Assembly: GCA_965200155.1 (NCBI GenBank) | Contig: CBDATR010000034.1 | Location: forward strand, 64,001 to 128,000 | DNA from: Nitrosopumilaceae archaeon | GTDB lineage: Archaea; Thermoproteota; Nitrososphaeria; Nitrososphaerales; Nitrosopumilaceae | DNA: 64,000 bases | Direction: 5' to 3' | Shown: positions 10,412 through 20,667 of the stretch, piece after piece | Position numbering within the stretch: position 1 is the first letter of the stretch | How the letters are laid out: every line of letters starts with the position of its first letter | Position numbers and translations under genes: made by a program | Notes under the pieces: model-generated | Seen by the model: the letters and a program-made list of their open reading frames with translations, nothing else | Database searches by the model: none | What the model was told of the DNA's origin: nothing

Positions 10412-11114
10412 TCAATAGTACGAAAAGTAAGTCCGCTCAGGATCCGGTGTACAGTAGCTGACTATTTCATTGCACAAGCCATATGGTAAAGAGAATAACA
10501 GAGGAATCAAGACAAAAGAGGCGTTGCCACAACCAACATAGCTCAAGACCTGAAACAAGACACGTACGAAGATTGTGAACCAGAGAACGGGGACGACTCG
10601 AGTAAAGATGGCAGGCCCATGATACCAATCACCGCCATCCAGATACGAATGGTGACTGAAGCATAAAGCAAGGATCCCGCCGGAGTAGTACATATTGCAA
10701 AGAGGCTTAGACATGATATATATCGCGCAGTATATCGCATAATGAAAAAGAACGGTACAGCAGGATCATCACCTGCAAAGTCAGAGTGAGTACGATATGA
10801 GCGTAAATATTCCAATGCAATGTGGCACTGGCATGCCATGAAAGATGAGCGCTTCAGGGGACTGAATCTCATAGATGATGCATCCAGGTGTATAGTCGGA
10901 GCGGCACTATTTGAGCATGCAACATGAGAACGCCGCCCTATTACTGAGACGTATGAGTTCACCTGTGTCTAAATGGAACGGGTCATTCTATAACTGATCG
11001 CGACAGTTAAAGAGTAACCGGTTCTTTTGTGCACAAGATTGGAACCGGTTCCAAGACGTGAACTCATACAGCTGTACACCGGATCCTAAGCGGACTTACT
11101 TTTCGTACTATTGA
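10412..11114 (+). mobile_element. Element with ~43-bp TIR (TCAATAGTACGAAAAGTAAGTCCGC...) carrying an IS481-like integrase remnant
   Basis: Inverted repeats 10412-10454 and 11072-11114 (1 mismatch); internal VRYERKYSNAMWH, IDDASRCI. Confidence 0.75.
10951..11069. mobile_element. MITE-1 variant B with three palindromic replacements
   Basis: TIR; inserts at 10975-10989, 11011-11025, 11041-11052. Confidence 0.9.
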
Positions 11115-11150
11115 AGAGTCGCTCAGCCAATACAATATACTAATACTTGG

Positions 11151-14100
11151 GTGGGAATCATCCCAGGAATAGTGGAAACTTTTGATCAAGCATTAGCAAG
11201 GCTACGTGCGGAGACCGATGATGAAAAGGATATCAGCCGCAAGGGCAGTAAAGTTAGCAAGACTGAACGCGGTGTCCGATTTGAGAAACTAATGCTACAC
11301 TACTTCAAGAATGACAGCATATACAAGAATGAGTTCAAGGAAGTAAAACTATTCCATGACTGGTATCGTGAACCGGACATTGGAATTGATCTGGTTGCCA
11401 GAGACAAGGATGACAAGTTAGTTGGCATTCAGTGCAAGTGCTGGAATGATGATTCCAGTATCCACGAGAATCAGATCTCAAACATGTTTGTCGTAAAGGA
11501 GAGCAAAAAGATGGACAGACTCATTCTTGTATTCACAGGGGCGCACGTAAGCAGGAATATTGTAAAACCGTTCGAAGAATCCGGTTACCCAATACTCATG
11601 AAGGCTGATCTCCGCCAGAGTGGGATTGACTGGAGTGGAATAGAGAGAGTAGTGAAACCAAAGACATTACAAGATCACCAGAAGGAAGCAGTTCAAAGAG
11701 TAGTCACCGGACTACAGGGTGCAGATCGTGGTCAGCTCATCATGGCATGTGGAACTGGCAAGACCATAACATCACTCCATATCGCAGAAACCATTCCAGG
11801 GAAAGATGGTCTTGTTCTATACTTGGTACCGTCAATATCACTGATACCGCAGGCGATGAGAGAGTGGGCAGATAACCGTTCCATAGAACATCAGTACATG
11901 GCAGTGTGCTCTGACAAGTCGTCCGGTACAGATGAGGCAGGTTCCATCACTGAGTGTCCCATACAACCATCCACAGATGTGGAAACGATAAAGGAGCAAC
12001 TACATTCTATGGAGAACCGAAAAGGTATGCATGTCATATTTTCCACGTATAATTCAGTGGAGCGTGTGGGAAAAGCCATACGGGACAGAAATGATATATT
12101 TGATCTAATTCTATTCGATGAGGCCCACCGCACCACTGGCGCCGAGAAAATCAAGGAATCCTATTACTTGACTGCACACAAGAATAGCGAGGTTCCAGCC
12201 AAGAAGCGACTCTACATGACTGCCACCCCACGTGTATATACAGGAAAGGGTAGAAAGGATGCCACGGATCAAGGACTGGAAGTATACTCCATGGATAATG
12301 AGAAATATGGCGATGTACTATATGACTTACCATTCTCAAAAGCGGTCGATATTGGACTACTCACACCTTTCAAAATAATACTACCAGAGGTTGATGAGAC
12401 TGATGCGTATGGTGAAATCATCAAGGCTGCAAGGGAACATGGTGATGATCTCAAGGATTACGAGGATATGGACATAGACTACATGTCAAAAGTGAACAGT
12501 ATCTGTAAGGCGATCACATATGATGGTGATAGTAATGAATTCCGGCCCTTACAACGGGTGATGGTATTCTTCAACACCATAAAAGCGTCAAAGTTGTTCT
12601 CCAATCATGGCAGGAACATGGACAAGGCAAAGAAACAACTCAAGCTTGATAAAATCACAAAGGAAACATTAAGCTTTGATAATTTAAGCGAGAGACTACT
12701 AAAGACTGATCCCGATCTGGACGGTTACAAGACTGTAACGAGGCATGTTGATGGCTCTACCAACTCACTGGACAGGGGAGCGCGGATAGACTGGTTACGA
12801 AATAGTGATAGTGATCCAAAGGAGATTCGTATACTCAGTAATGCCAGGTGCTTGCAGGAGGGCGTGGACGTTCCAGCCTTGGATGCTGTTGTATTCATGG
12901 AGCCCAAGAACTCACCCATCGACATAATACAAAGTATTGGTAGAGTAATGCGAAAATCAGAGGGAAAGAAAACAGGTTACGTTATAGTCCCCATCCCAGT
13001 CTTGAAGGGTGATGATCCACATCATGTGTTGAAAAGGAACACACGGTACGAGCAGATAAGCAAGATATTACGTGCGATCACAGCACATGATGATGGACTG
13101 CAAAAGCTACTGAATCAGTATATACTGTCCAAGTCAGGAAAGAGTGGTAAACATGAGCCACCGGATCCGTCAGAAATACCACCAAGACTGAATGACTGGA
13201 TTATTCGTACACTAGGGGCAGGACTCAGTGACAAGTTGTTAAAGGATGTACAGAATGTCATACTGAGTCTTGGCGATGCCAGTTACCACGCCAACATGGG
13301 CAAGCGACTAGGGGAGCAAGCCGTAATAATAGAGACCAAACTGAAACAGCGAATCAAAATTGAGCCGGAAACTGCGCCCATCATTGAACAATTACACGAG
13401 AACCTGAAACATATAGTCGGATTCACGTTGACATATGAGCAGACCATTCGTGCATTATCACAGCACGCTGTAATGTCCAGAGTATTCAATGTAATGTTCC
13501 CCAAGAATGCTAACCCGGTGGCATCAGCATTCGATAATACCATGCAACGATTAAACATACAGGGACAACTAGAACAGTTCGAGGCATTCTATACTGGTAT
13601 ACAGGCGGACATTGAACTATTCAAGGAGCCGGATGCCAAGCAGGATTTCCTGCGCGCCATATATGACGCATTCTTCATTGGCTCGGATAAAAAGTCCGCG
13701 GACAAACATGGAATCGTACACACACCAGTTGAAATCGTTAACTTCATACTGGAATCAGTTAGACATGTACTAGAATCGGAGTTCGGAAAGACATTCAATG
13801 ATAGAGCAGTAAAGGTGCTGGACCCGTTCACCGGTACCGGGATATTCCTTGCCCAGTTAATAGAGCGAGGAATGATCAGTGATGATGCACTACCTGACAA
13901 GTACCAGAATGATATTTACGCGAATGAAATAATGTTGCCGGCATTCTATGTTGCCATGTCCAATATTGAGGCATCATATCAGAAAATGATGGGTGAATAC
14001 ACACCATTTGGCGGGATATCATACCTGGATACATTCACACAGCACCCCTCATACAGGCTGGATGCCGAACAGCGTAAGGAGCAGATCAAGATTACAGATG

Positions 14101-15344
14101 ATTCCCTGGAGGAAGCCATGACTAGGGTGAAACGGCAGAACATGGATTACGTCAATGTCATAGTGGGGAATCCGCCATATAGTGGCGGTCAGAAGACGGC
14201 CAATGAGGATAACAAGAATGTCTCGCATCCGTATCTGGGAGATAGTGTGTCAAAGACATACATCAAAAACGCGCCCAAAGGGAACACTAGAGGGTTATAC
14301 AACTCCTACATCAAGGCCCTCCGCTGGGTATCAGAAAGAATAGGTGATTCCGGAGTTATCGGTTTAATCACACCATCCGCATATATCACTGGGAATAGTG
14401 AAGCTGGTATACGCGCCTGTCTTGGAATGGAGTTCACGGATGTCTACTGTTTCAATTTACGAGGTGATGTAAAGGGTAAACAGGATTGGAGACGAGAGGG
14501 CGGCAAGATATTTGGGAGTGGCTCAACTGTGGGCACCGCTATAACCATACTAGTCAAGAACCCGGCCAAACAATCTTGCACCATCCACTACCACGACATT
14601 GGTGATTATCTGGACAGAGATAAGAAACTAGAAAAGATAAAAGAATACGGCTCCATCGCCGGAATACAAGACTGGCAAATTATAACACCAGACCGTTATC
14701 ATGACTGGTTGGAACAGCGTGGTGATACCAGTGAACGATGGGATTCCATGACTTCAATGGGAAGTAAAGAGGGAAAACGTGGTAAGACCAATGATGTAAT
14801 GTTTGAGATGTATTCCCGGGGGATCGTTTCATCCAGAGATCCATGGGCATATAACTCACACATTGAAAAATTGGGAAATAATATGAAGCGACACATCAAC
14901 TATTGTAATAAACAGGACTTGGATAATTTTTTGGTTGATCCAAAACAGGCGAAAAAGAATAGCTCCATGATAGAACGTATGAAAAAGTTGGGCAGAAAGG
15001 TGGACTTTGATAAGAATAAAATACGTACAGCATTGTATAGACCATTTTTCAAGCAGTACCTATACTCTGATCCAATATTCATTGAGGCTGATTACCACAT
15101 CCCATCATTCTACCCACACCCCGACTCAAAGAATCATTCTATTATGGTGCCGGACAAGATCAAGGACGAGTTCTCTACGTTCATCACGGATATCACGCCT
15201 GACCTTCACATCCACGAGGCATCCCAATGCTTTCCCATGAGAGTCAAGAAACAAAAGGACAAGAATAGACATGTGGTAGGTAGCCAGTCAGCCAGTCAGC
15301 CAGTCAGCCAGTCAGCCAGTCAGCCATCGAGAACCTGGCGATAA
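11151..15344 (+). CDS. Type ISP restriction-modification enzyme (Mrr-like nuclease, SF2 ATPase, N6-MTase, partial TRD)
   Basis: DIGIDLVA..QCK, MACGTGKT, DEAH, QSIGRVMR, LDPFTGTG, GNPPY; LlaGI/LlaBIII domain order. Confidence 0.92.
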   Translation: MGIIPGIVETFDQALARLRAETDDEKDISRKGSKVSKTERGVRFEKLMLHYFKNDSIYKNEFKEVKLFHDWYREPDIGIDLVARDKDDKLVGIQCKCWNDDSSIHENQISNMFVVKESKKMDRLILVFTGAHVSRNIVKPFEESGYPILMKADLRQSGIDWSGIERVVKPKTLQDHQKEAVQRVVTGLQGADRGQLIMACGTGKTITSLHIAETIPGKDGLVLYLVPSISLIPQAMREWADNRSIEHQYMAVCSDKSSGTDEAGSITECPIQPSTDVETIKEQLHSMENRKGMHVIFSTYNSVERVGKAIRDRNDIFDLILFDEAHRTTGAEKIKESYYLTAHKNSEVPAKKRLYMTATPRVYTGKGRKDATDQGLEVYSMDNEKYGDVLYDLPFSKAVDIGLLTPFKIILPEVDETDAYGEIIKAAREHGDDLKDYEDMDIDYMSKVNSICKAITYDGDSNEFRPLQRVMVFFNTIKASKLFSNHGRNMDKAKKQLKLDKITKETLSFDNLSERLLKTDPDLDGYKTVTRHVDGSTNSLDRGARIDWLRNSDSDPKEIRILSNARCLQEGVDVPALDAVVFMEPKNSPIDIIQSIGRVMRKSEGKKTGYVIVPIPVLKGDDPHHVLKRNTRYEQISKILRAITAHDDGLQKLLNQYILSKSGKSGKHEPPDPSEIPPRLNDWIIRTLGAGLSDKLLKDVQNVILSLGDASYHANMGKRLGEQAVIIETKLKQRIKIEPETAPIIEQLHENLKHIVGFTLTYEQTIRALSQHAVMSRVFNVMFPKNANPVASAFDNTMQRLNIQGQLEQFEAFYTGIQADIELFKEPDAKQDFLRAIYDAFFIGSDKKSADKHGIVHTPVEIVNFILESVRHVLESEFGKTFNDRAVKVLDPFTGTGIFLAQLIERGMISDDALPDKYQNDIYANEIMLPAFYVAMSNIEASYQKMMGEYTPFGGISYLDTFTQHPSYRLDAEQRKEQIKITDDSLEEAMTRVKRQNMDYVNVIVGNPPYSGGQKTANEDNKNVSHPYLGDSVSKTYIKNAPKGNTRGLYNSYIKALRWVSERIGDSGVIGLITPSAYITGNSEAGIRACLGMEFTDVYCFNLRGDVKGKQDWRREGGKIFGSGSTVGTAITILVKNPAKQSCTIHYHDIGDYLDRDKKLEKIKEYGSIAGIQDWQIITPDRYHDWLEQRGDTSERWDSMTSMGSKEGKRGKTNDVMFEMYSRGIVSSRDPWAYNSHIEKLGNNMKRHINYCNKQDLDNFLVDPKQAKKNSSMIERMKKLGRKVDFDKNKIRTALYRPFFKQYLYSDPIFIEADYHIPSFYPHPDSKNHSIMVPDKIKDEFSTFITDITPDLHIHEASQCFPMRVKKQKDKNRHVVGSQSASQPVSQSASQPSRTWR
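15282..15326 (+). repeat. Tandem repeat (AGCCAGTC)5 + AGCCA
   Basis: 45-bp perfect tract inside the 3' end of the ISP gene. Confidence 0.97.
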
Positions 15345-15469
15345 TAGTTCCCTACAAGATCAAGGGCGAATTCTCAGTATTCATAACCAATGCACCACCG
15401 GATCTACAAGTGATAACCAACGGGCAGGTATTCCCCATGTTCACACAGTCACCGGAGGTGACGAGATGA
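15332..15469 (+). other. Second, currently out-of-frame TRD cassette
   Basis: NLAIIVPYKIKGEFSVFITNAPPDLQVITNGQVFPM, 20/36 identical to 15132-15239; ends in TGA overlapping ATG 15466. Confidence 0.85.
15454..15461 (+). promoter_or_regulatory. Shine-Dalgarno site for the ISP C-terminal subunit
   Basis: GGAGGTGA just upstream of ATG 15466. Confidence 0.7.
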
Positions 15470-16134
15470 AGGACAACATCACTGACTACTCCCTGGAACT
15501 ATACCAGAAACGATATAATGATGACTCCATAACTAAAGAGGACATCTTCTACTATACCTATGGCATCCTACATCATAATGGTTATCGTTCCAAGTATCAA
15601 GTATTCCTAGTTAGAGGATTGCCGAATATTCCTATGGCGCCCGATTTCCACTCATTCATGAAAGCAGGTAGACAGCTAGCTGACTTGCATCTCAATTATG
15701 AGACCGGCCCCCGTTACAACCTGGGCGAGCCGCTGGTTCCAATACCTGACGCTCCCGAAAAAATAGCCTTTGGTAAGAAACCTAATGACGGTCCCGGACC
15801 AAAGGGAATAGTTGATCAATCCAAACTACTACTGGATAACGTGTTAGTATACGATAACATACCAACAATCCATTACTCAGTCAATGGTAGAACGCCTGTA
15901 GGATGGTTCGTTGACAGATACAAGTATCGTTCCAATGCAGAGAGTGGCATCACGAATTATCCACTAGAGGGTGTGAATGGTGACATGGTACGCGCCATAA
16001 TAGAGCGGTTGGTCTATGTGGGAATAGCGTCAGACAGGATCATAGACCAACTACCAGAACAGTTCGAAATGGAATCATCATTGCAACCAGAACCAACCGG
16101 CCTGGATAAGTACTACAAGGCGCCTATTCCCTAG
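15466..16134 (+). CDS. Type ISP C-terminal specificity-domain subunit (separate ORF)
   Basis: DNITD, ITKEDIFYYTYGILH, GRQLADLHLNYE, YSVNGRTPVGW. Confidence 0.88.
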   Translation: MKDNITDYSLELYQKRYNDDSITKEDIFYYTYGILHHNGYRSKYQVFLVRGLPNIPMAPDFHSFMKAGRQLADLHLNYETGPRYNLGEPLVPIPDAPEKIAFGKKPNDGPGPKGIVDQSKLLLDNVLVYDNIPTIHYSVNGRTPVGWFVDRYKYRSNAESGITNYPLEGVNGDMVRAIIERLVYVGIASDRIIDQLPEQFEMESSLQPEPTGLDKYYKAPIP

Positions 16135-16364
16135 AATATTTGTCTAGCGTATATGGGGCGCTGTTAAGAAGTCAGTACATAGAGAATAGTGTTAACATGA
16201 GTTGGAATGATCAGTCTTTTGAAGCGTTCCGTATTATAGTAAGGCACTTGAAAATTTAACTCACTAGGTAACCGGCATAAGGAGTCGCGGCATTCTGGAT
16301 AGTCATAAGGAGCAGTGACAGTGGGGCGGGGCGTCATAAGGAGCATGGCGGATATGTGATCAAT

Positions 16365-16456
16365 GTGTGAGTTCACCTGTGTCTAAATTTACGCATAACT
16401 GATCGCGACAGTTAATGTGATTTGTGCATAAGATTCCGGAAGACGTGAACTCATAC
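16365..16456. mobile_element. MITE-1 variant B
   Basis: TIR; TSD TGATCAAT. Confidence 0.95.
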
Positions 16457-16547
16457 TGATCAATAGTAAGCCCAGGGGCGTATGACATATGGATATCATC
16501 ATAAGAGCAGGTAGTACTAATATAGCATATAATATCAGATATGTAGT

Positions 16548-16787
16548 ATGGGCAGGCAGAAGTTACCGTTCAGGCGGTCAAATGAGTATAAGGAGTGTAT
16601 TGCACTGAGATGTACTAAGTGGCAAAGACAGCGACTGGATGACATGCGCCAGATATGTAACATGTCCATAAGCGAATATCTCAGGTTTCTTATAGAGTCA
16701 ATAGAAGTGCAGGTAACTAAGGAGGTTAAAGAACCGCCCAAAAAGGAATCAAGACCACGCATGACAAGGAATGGCCATTTTATCTAA
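16548..16787 (+). CDS. Putative ribbon-helix-helix DNA-binding protein
   Basis: IALRC..QRQRLD...MSISEYLRFLI pattern; AT-rich upstream. Confidence 0.5.
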   Translation: MGRQKLPFRRSNEYKECIALRCTKWQRQRLDDMRQICNMSISEYLRFLIESIEVQVTKEVKEPPKKESRPRMTRNGHFI

Positions 16788-17291
16788 GATGTATAACAAA
16801 ATTGGTTCAATGGGAAGGATCTAGGTAATAGTAAGCACAAATTGCAAATTGGTATAAGCAGTAAAGAGGGGAATATACTAGGTGTATGTATGGATCGCGC
16901 TGGAAAAAAATTTCAACTCAGAAATCTATGTGCATAAGTTCATGTTAATCATTAGTTTATTTTGTGCATAAGTCCTTGCCCACAGGGTCAATTTGAATCA
17001 CATAGCTGTAATATTCGCGTTAAGCCGTCCAAGTTTGTATATAGAATTTTTCAGAAAATAAACCGATATGGTCTTTAACAGGTCAATAGTAGGTAGTATA
17101 ATGAAACAAGTTAGTCTGTGCTGCACGACATATGATACCCATTCCATGCTCGTGGCGCTGGCAAATAGTAGACCGTATGCGCAGAATCACTTCTCCCACC
17201 CTGCACGTCTAAACCAAGTTGTTAGATACGAGCAATTGACCTAATATCATGGGTTTTCCCACACAGACTCGTGTGAAACAGAAAAGTTAAG

Positions 17292-17383
17292 GTATGAGTT
17301 CACGTCTTCCGGAATCTTGTGCACAAATCACATTAACTGTCGCGATCAGTTGTGCGTAAATTTAGACACAGGTGAACTCATAC
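17292..17383. mobile_element. MITE-1 variant B
   Basis: TIR; TSD AAGTTAAG. Confidence 0.95.
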
Positions 17384-17412
17384 AAGTTAAGACCTAATTT
17401 TGTAGTACCAGG

Positions 17413-18296
17413 TATGCTAAAAGCAGAAGAACTCACCAAGGAGCAGTTAGTCACAGAGTACTACCGGCTACGCACCGAGTCTGAGGCCGAAGTAACAAAC
17501 CTGCGTGGCAAAAATGACAGCCTGCACGCCAAACTTGAAGCTCAAACAAAGAATGCCCTCGTTTCAAATCTCGATGACATCATAGAACGCAAGGATCAGC
17601 TTCATTTCCTGACCGGATGCACCCCGGAAGAGTTCAAATGGATACTAACCAGATTCACAGAATACGTAGAGTCCCTGGAAGGCGATGATGCACGGCGATT
17701 CTTAGAACTTACAAATGAACGCGGGCACGTGAACAAATTTCCGGTCAGGCATGTACTCTTAGTTACACTGATACGCCTGCGCTGCAATACAAAGCAGGAG
17801 CTGCTGGCATCTATACTCAAGATAAACCAGTCAAACATATGCCGTTACATCCAGTTTACAAAGCAGGGACTGATCAAGATACTCCCAACGGCCGATACCG
17901 TTGCAAAAGCAATATCACAAATCAAGTCAACACCCGACTTTAAGGAAATTGTTCCCGGTCGAGCCGGAGTGGAGATAAAGACTGACGGGACACATGTACG
18001 CGTACAGCATCCTGAAAAAAATCAGGAGGCAATGTACACTGGTAAACAAAAAACCCACCCATACAACGTACAGATAACATCAAACAAGACTGATAATTCA
18101 CATCAGTGGAGTATATGAGGGAAAAAGACACGTATGAGTTCACCTATGTCTAAATTTATGCACAACTGATCGCGACAGTTAATGTGATTTATGCACAAGA
18201 TTCCGGAAGACGTGAACTCATACAAAGACACGATTATGGTATATTCAAGAATGATATTCCCCTCGGTGGCAAATGGGGCAAGTCCCTAAAAGAATC
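17413..18296 (+). pseudogene. IS5-family (ISL2/DDE_Tnp_4) transposase, frameshifted and interrupted
   Basis: HTH region, TDGTHVRVQ, YTGKQKTH..NVQI; interrupted by MITE-1 and IS66. Confidence 0.8.
18132..18223. mobile_element. MITE-1 variant B
   Basis: TIR; TSD AAAGACAC. Confidence 0.95.
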
Positions 18297-19991
18297 GTAT
18301 GAGTTCACGTGTTTTGATCACATAATAATATAGAATACATCCCAGTTTTTTTAATTATAACTGCATTCTGGCAGCAACCTCGTTCATTACAGAAAGGCCT
18401 TGAGCCCTCCATGTCTGAACACATGATACAAATGTAGACATGCGGCGCATTGCCCTTTCGCCACCCTTTATCTGACCACTAATCTTGCGGAATACCACTG
18501 CGTATCGCAAAGCCTGCTCCGCTGGATTGTTGGTGGGCTCTACACTGTCATATTCTAAGAATACGAACATGCCTGGTATGGCCTTATTCAATCCTTTTAC
18601 CTTCTTTTGTAGTTCAGTATCATCAACATCACAGTACTGATGCAGAATGGATTCTGCTCCTGTCTCAAATGAGTGTCGTAATTGCGCGGACGGCCCGCAG
18701 TGATTCAGGGATTCCCGTGCGCTCCGGAACAATCCTTTCAGGTCGTTGTCAAGTTTGATCCGGGCGTCCTGAGCACCGGGATCGATATAGAATCCTGCAT
18801 GTAATGCCTGGGTATCGCGCAATAAATGCGCCCAACACAACTGGTGCTTCCCACCGTCATCAAACCGGCGGTACACAACGTACCTGTCCGTTACTATCGC
18901 TCCCTGGTAACCGTTCAGGTATTTGTTCACTACATTTGAACTCCTACTTTTGTCATATATGGACATCATCCACTCTTCGGCTCGCATCCCCCATACCCAG
19001 CCACGCCTACCCGCCAGTGATATACCAGTTTCGTCCACATGAATGCTGGGTGATTTTATTATATTTTCATGAATTGTTTCCATAAATGATTCACATGCAT
19101 CGGCGGCCCTGGCAATTATGTTGTTTACCGCACCCACAGATATATTCAGGCCGAAGAGATCCTTCGAAATTACAGGTATGCGTTTTATTGGAATCTTTTC
19201 TGCGCGTAATGCAGTGATGGCACCGCATAATTGAACCCCAAAACTACCACTCTTTGGGACGCCCGCTGCTGGGGCCAGTTGTTTTTTGCCGCACTTGCAT
19301 GCAGCCATTTCTATCACATGAAGGGTCTCCTCTATTTTGGCTGGTATTAATTCCGTTATGTGTCGTTGTTTCCAACCAATTTTTGTCATCATATTGCCGC
19401 ACTCACATATTGGTGTGTACTCAAAGGTGTGATGCACTACTCTGCCGGGGTTGTGGGAACGGGAAACCCCCTTGTGTCCCTTTTGAGCGCCAGCCTTTTT
19501 GGCTGATTTCGTACTGGCTTCTGTCTGTTGCTTATTATCTCCCTGTTTTCGCTTCTGCTCCTCCTGTTTTCGCTTCTTGTACTGGAGGGATTGAAGGGAT
19601 GGTGGCGAGTGAGCATTCTCATAATATTTAAGTCGCGTTGTGAGTACCGCAATTTTCCTGTCTTTTTCTTCTAATTTCTCATTCAATTCACTTACATAAT
19701 TCCTAATAATTTGGAAATCTTGTGTGAGATTTCGTATTTCTTTTGTGGTGTGTGACACATATGCTTCCAATACTCTCACACGTTCCTTGTAATGTGCAAG
19801 ATCTTTCTTGTAATCCTCAATATCTTTCTTGATAGACGCAAGGGTATCCTGAAGAAGTTTATTTTCCAGTTCCAATTCCTTATAGGACCGGCGTCTTCTC
19901 ATTAGATTCTTATTGCAAATTTGGTATTTAAGTAAAATATTGCCATACCAATCTATATCTTAGTGAATGATCAAAACACGTGAACTCATAC
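18297..19991 (-). mobile_element. IS66-family element (single-ORF, ISBst12-like), apparently intact
   Basis: 24-bp perfect TIR GTATGAGTTCACGTGTTTTGATCA around the transposase. Confidence 0.92.
18355..19902 (-). CDS. IS66 transposase
   Basis: Coiled coil, Zn finger, IHVDETG, TDRY, QLCWAHLLR, PTNNPAEQALR. Confidence 0.93.
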   Translation of the reverse strand: MRRRRSYKELELENKLLQDTLASIKKDIEDYKKDLAHYKERVRVLEAYVSHTTKEIRNLTQDFQIIRNYVSELNEKLEEKDRKIAVLTTRLKYYENAHSPPSLQSLQYKKRKQEEQKRKQGDNKQQTEASTKSAKKAGAQKGHKGVSRSHNPGRVVHHTFEYTPICECGNMMTKIGWKQRHITELIPAKIEETLHVIEMAACKCGKKQLAPAAGVPKSGSFGVQLCGAITALRAEKIPIKRIPVISKDLFGLNISVGAVNNIIARAADACESFMETIHENIIKSPSIHVDETGISLAGRRGWVWGMRAEEWMMSIYDKSRSSNVVNKYLNGYQGAIVTDRYVVYRRFDDGGKHQLCWAHLLRDTQALHAGFYIDPGAQDARIKLDNDLKGLFRSARESLNHCGPSAQLRHSFETGAESILHQYCDVDDTELQKKVKGLNKAIPGMFVFLEYDSVEPTNNPAEQALRYAVVFRKISGQIKGGERAMRRMSTFVSCVQTWRAQGLSVMNEVAARMQL

Positions 19992-20281
19992 ACAAAAAGT
20001 GGTTGGAAACAACGACGCATAACAGAATTAATACCAGCAAGAATAGAGGAGACCCTTCATGTGATAGAGATGGCTGCATGCAAGTGCGGCAAAAAACAAC
20101 TAGCCCCAGCAGCGGGCGTCCCAAAGAGTGGTGATTTTGGGGTTCAATTATGCGGTGCCATCACTGCATTGCGTGCGGAAAAGATTCCAATAAAACGCAT
20201 ACCTGTAATTTCGAGGGATCTCTTCGGCCTGAATATATCGGTGGGTGCGGTAAACAACATAATTGCCAGGGCCGCCGATGC

Positions 20282-20373
20282 GTATGAGTTCACGTCTGCC
20301 GGAATCTTATGCGCAAATCACATTAACTGTCGCGATCAGTTATGCGTAAATTTAGACACAGATGAACTCATAC
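20282..20373. mobile_element. MITE-1 variant B (left arm of composite)
   Basis: TIR; left flank GCCGATGC. Confidence 0.9.
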
Positions 20374-20575
20374 AAATATTGTCATACCAATCTATATCTT
20401 AGTGAATGAACAAAACACGTGAACTCATACCCCGATCACGCCCGGATCAAAGCCGTTCGCTCAAATTGAGGCCGGCGCCATTCTGCAGAAGGGATTGAAT
20501 CATTCATGGACGTGTTCCGGGGACGATTCTCGGCCAGATAAAGTCCACACCGGCCCTTTCTGTAGTAGAATGCAT

Positions 20576-20667
20576 GTATGAGTTCACCTGCGTCTAAATT
20601 TACGCATAACTGATCGCGACAGTTAATGTGATTTGTGCATAAGATTCCGGAAGACGTGAACTCATAC
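20576..20667. mobile_element. MITE-1 variant B (right arm of composite)
   Basis: TIR; right flank GCCGATGC. Confidence 0.9.
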
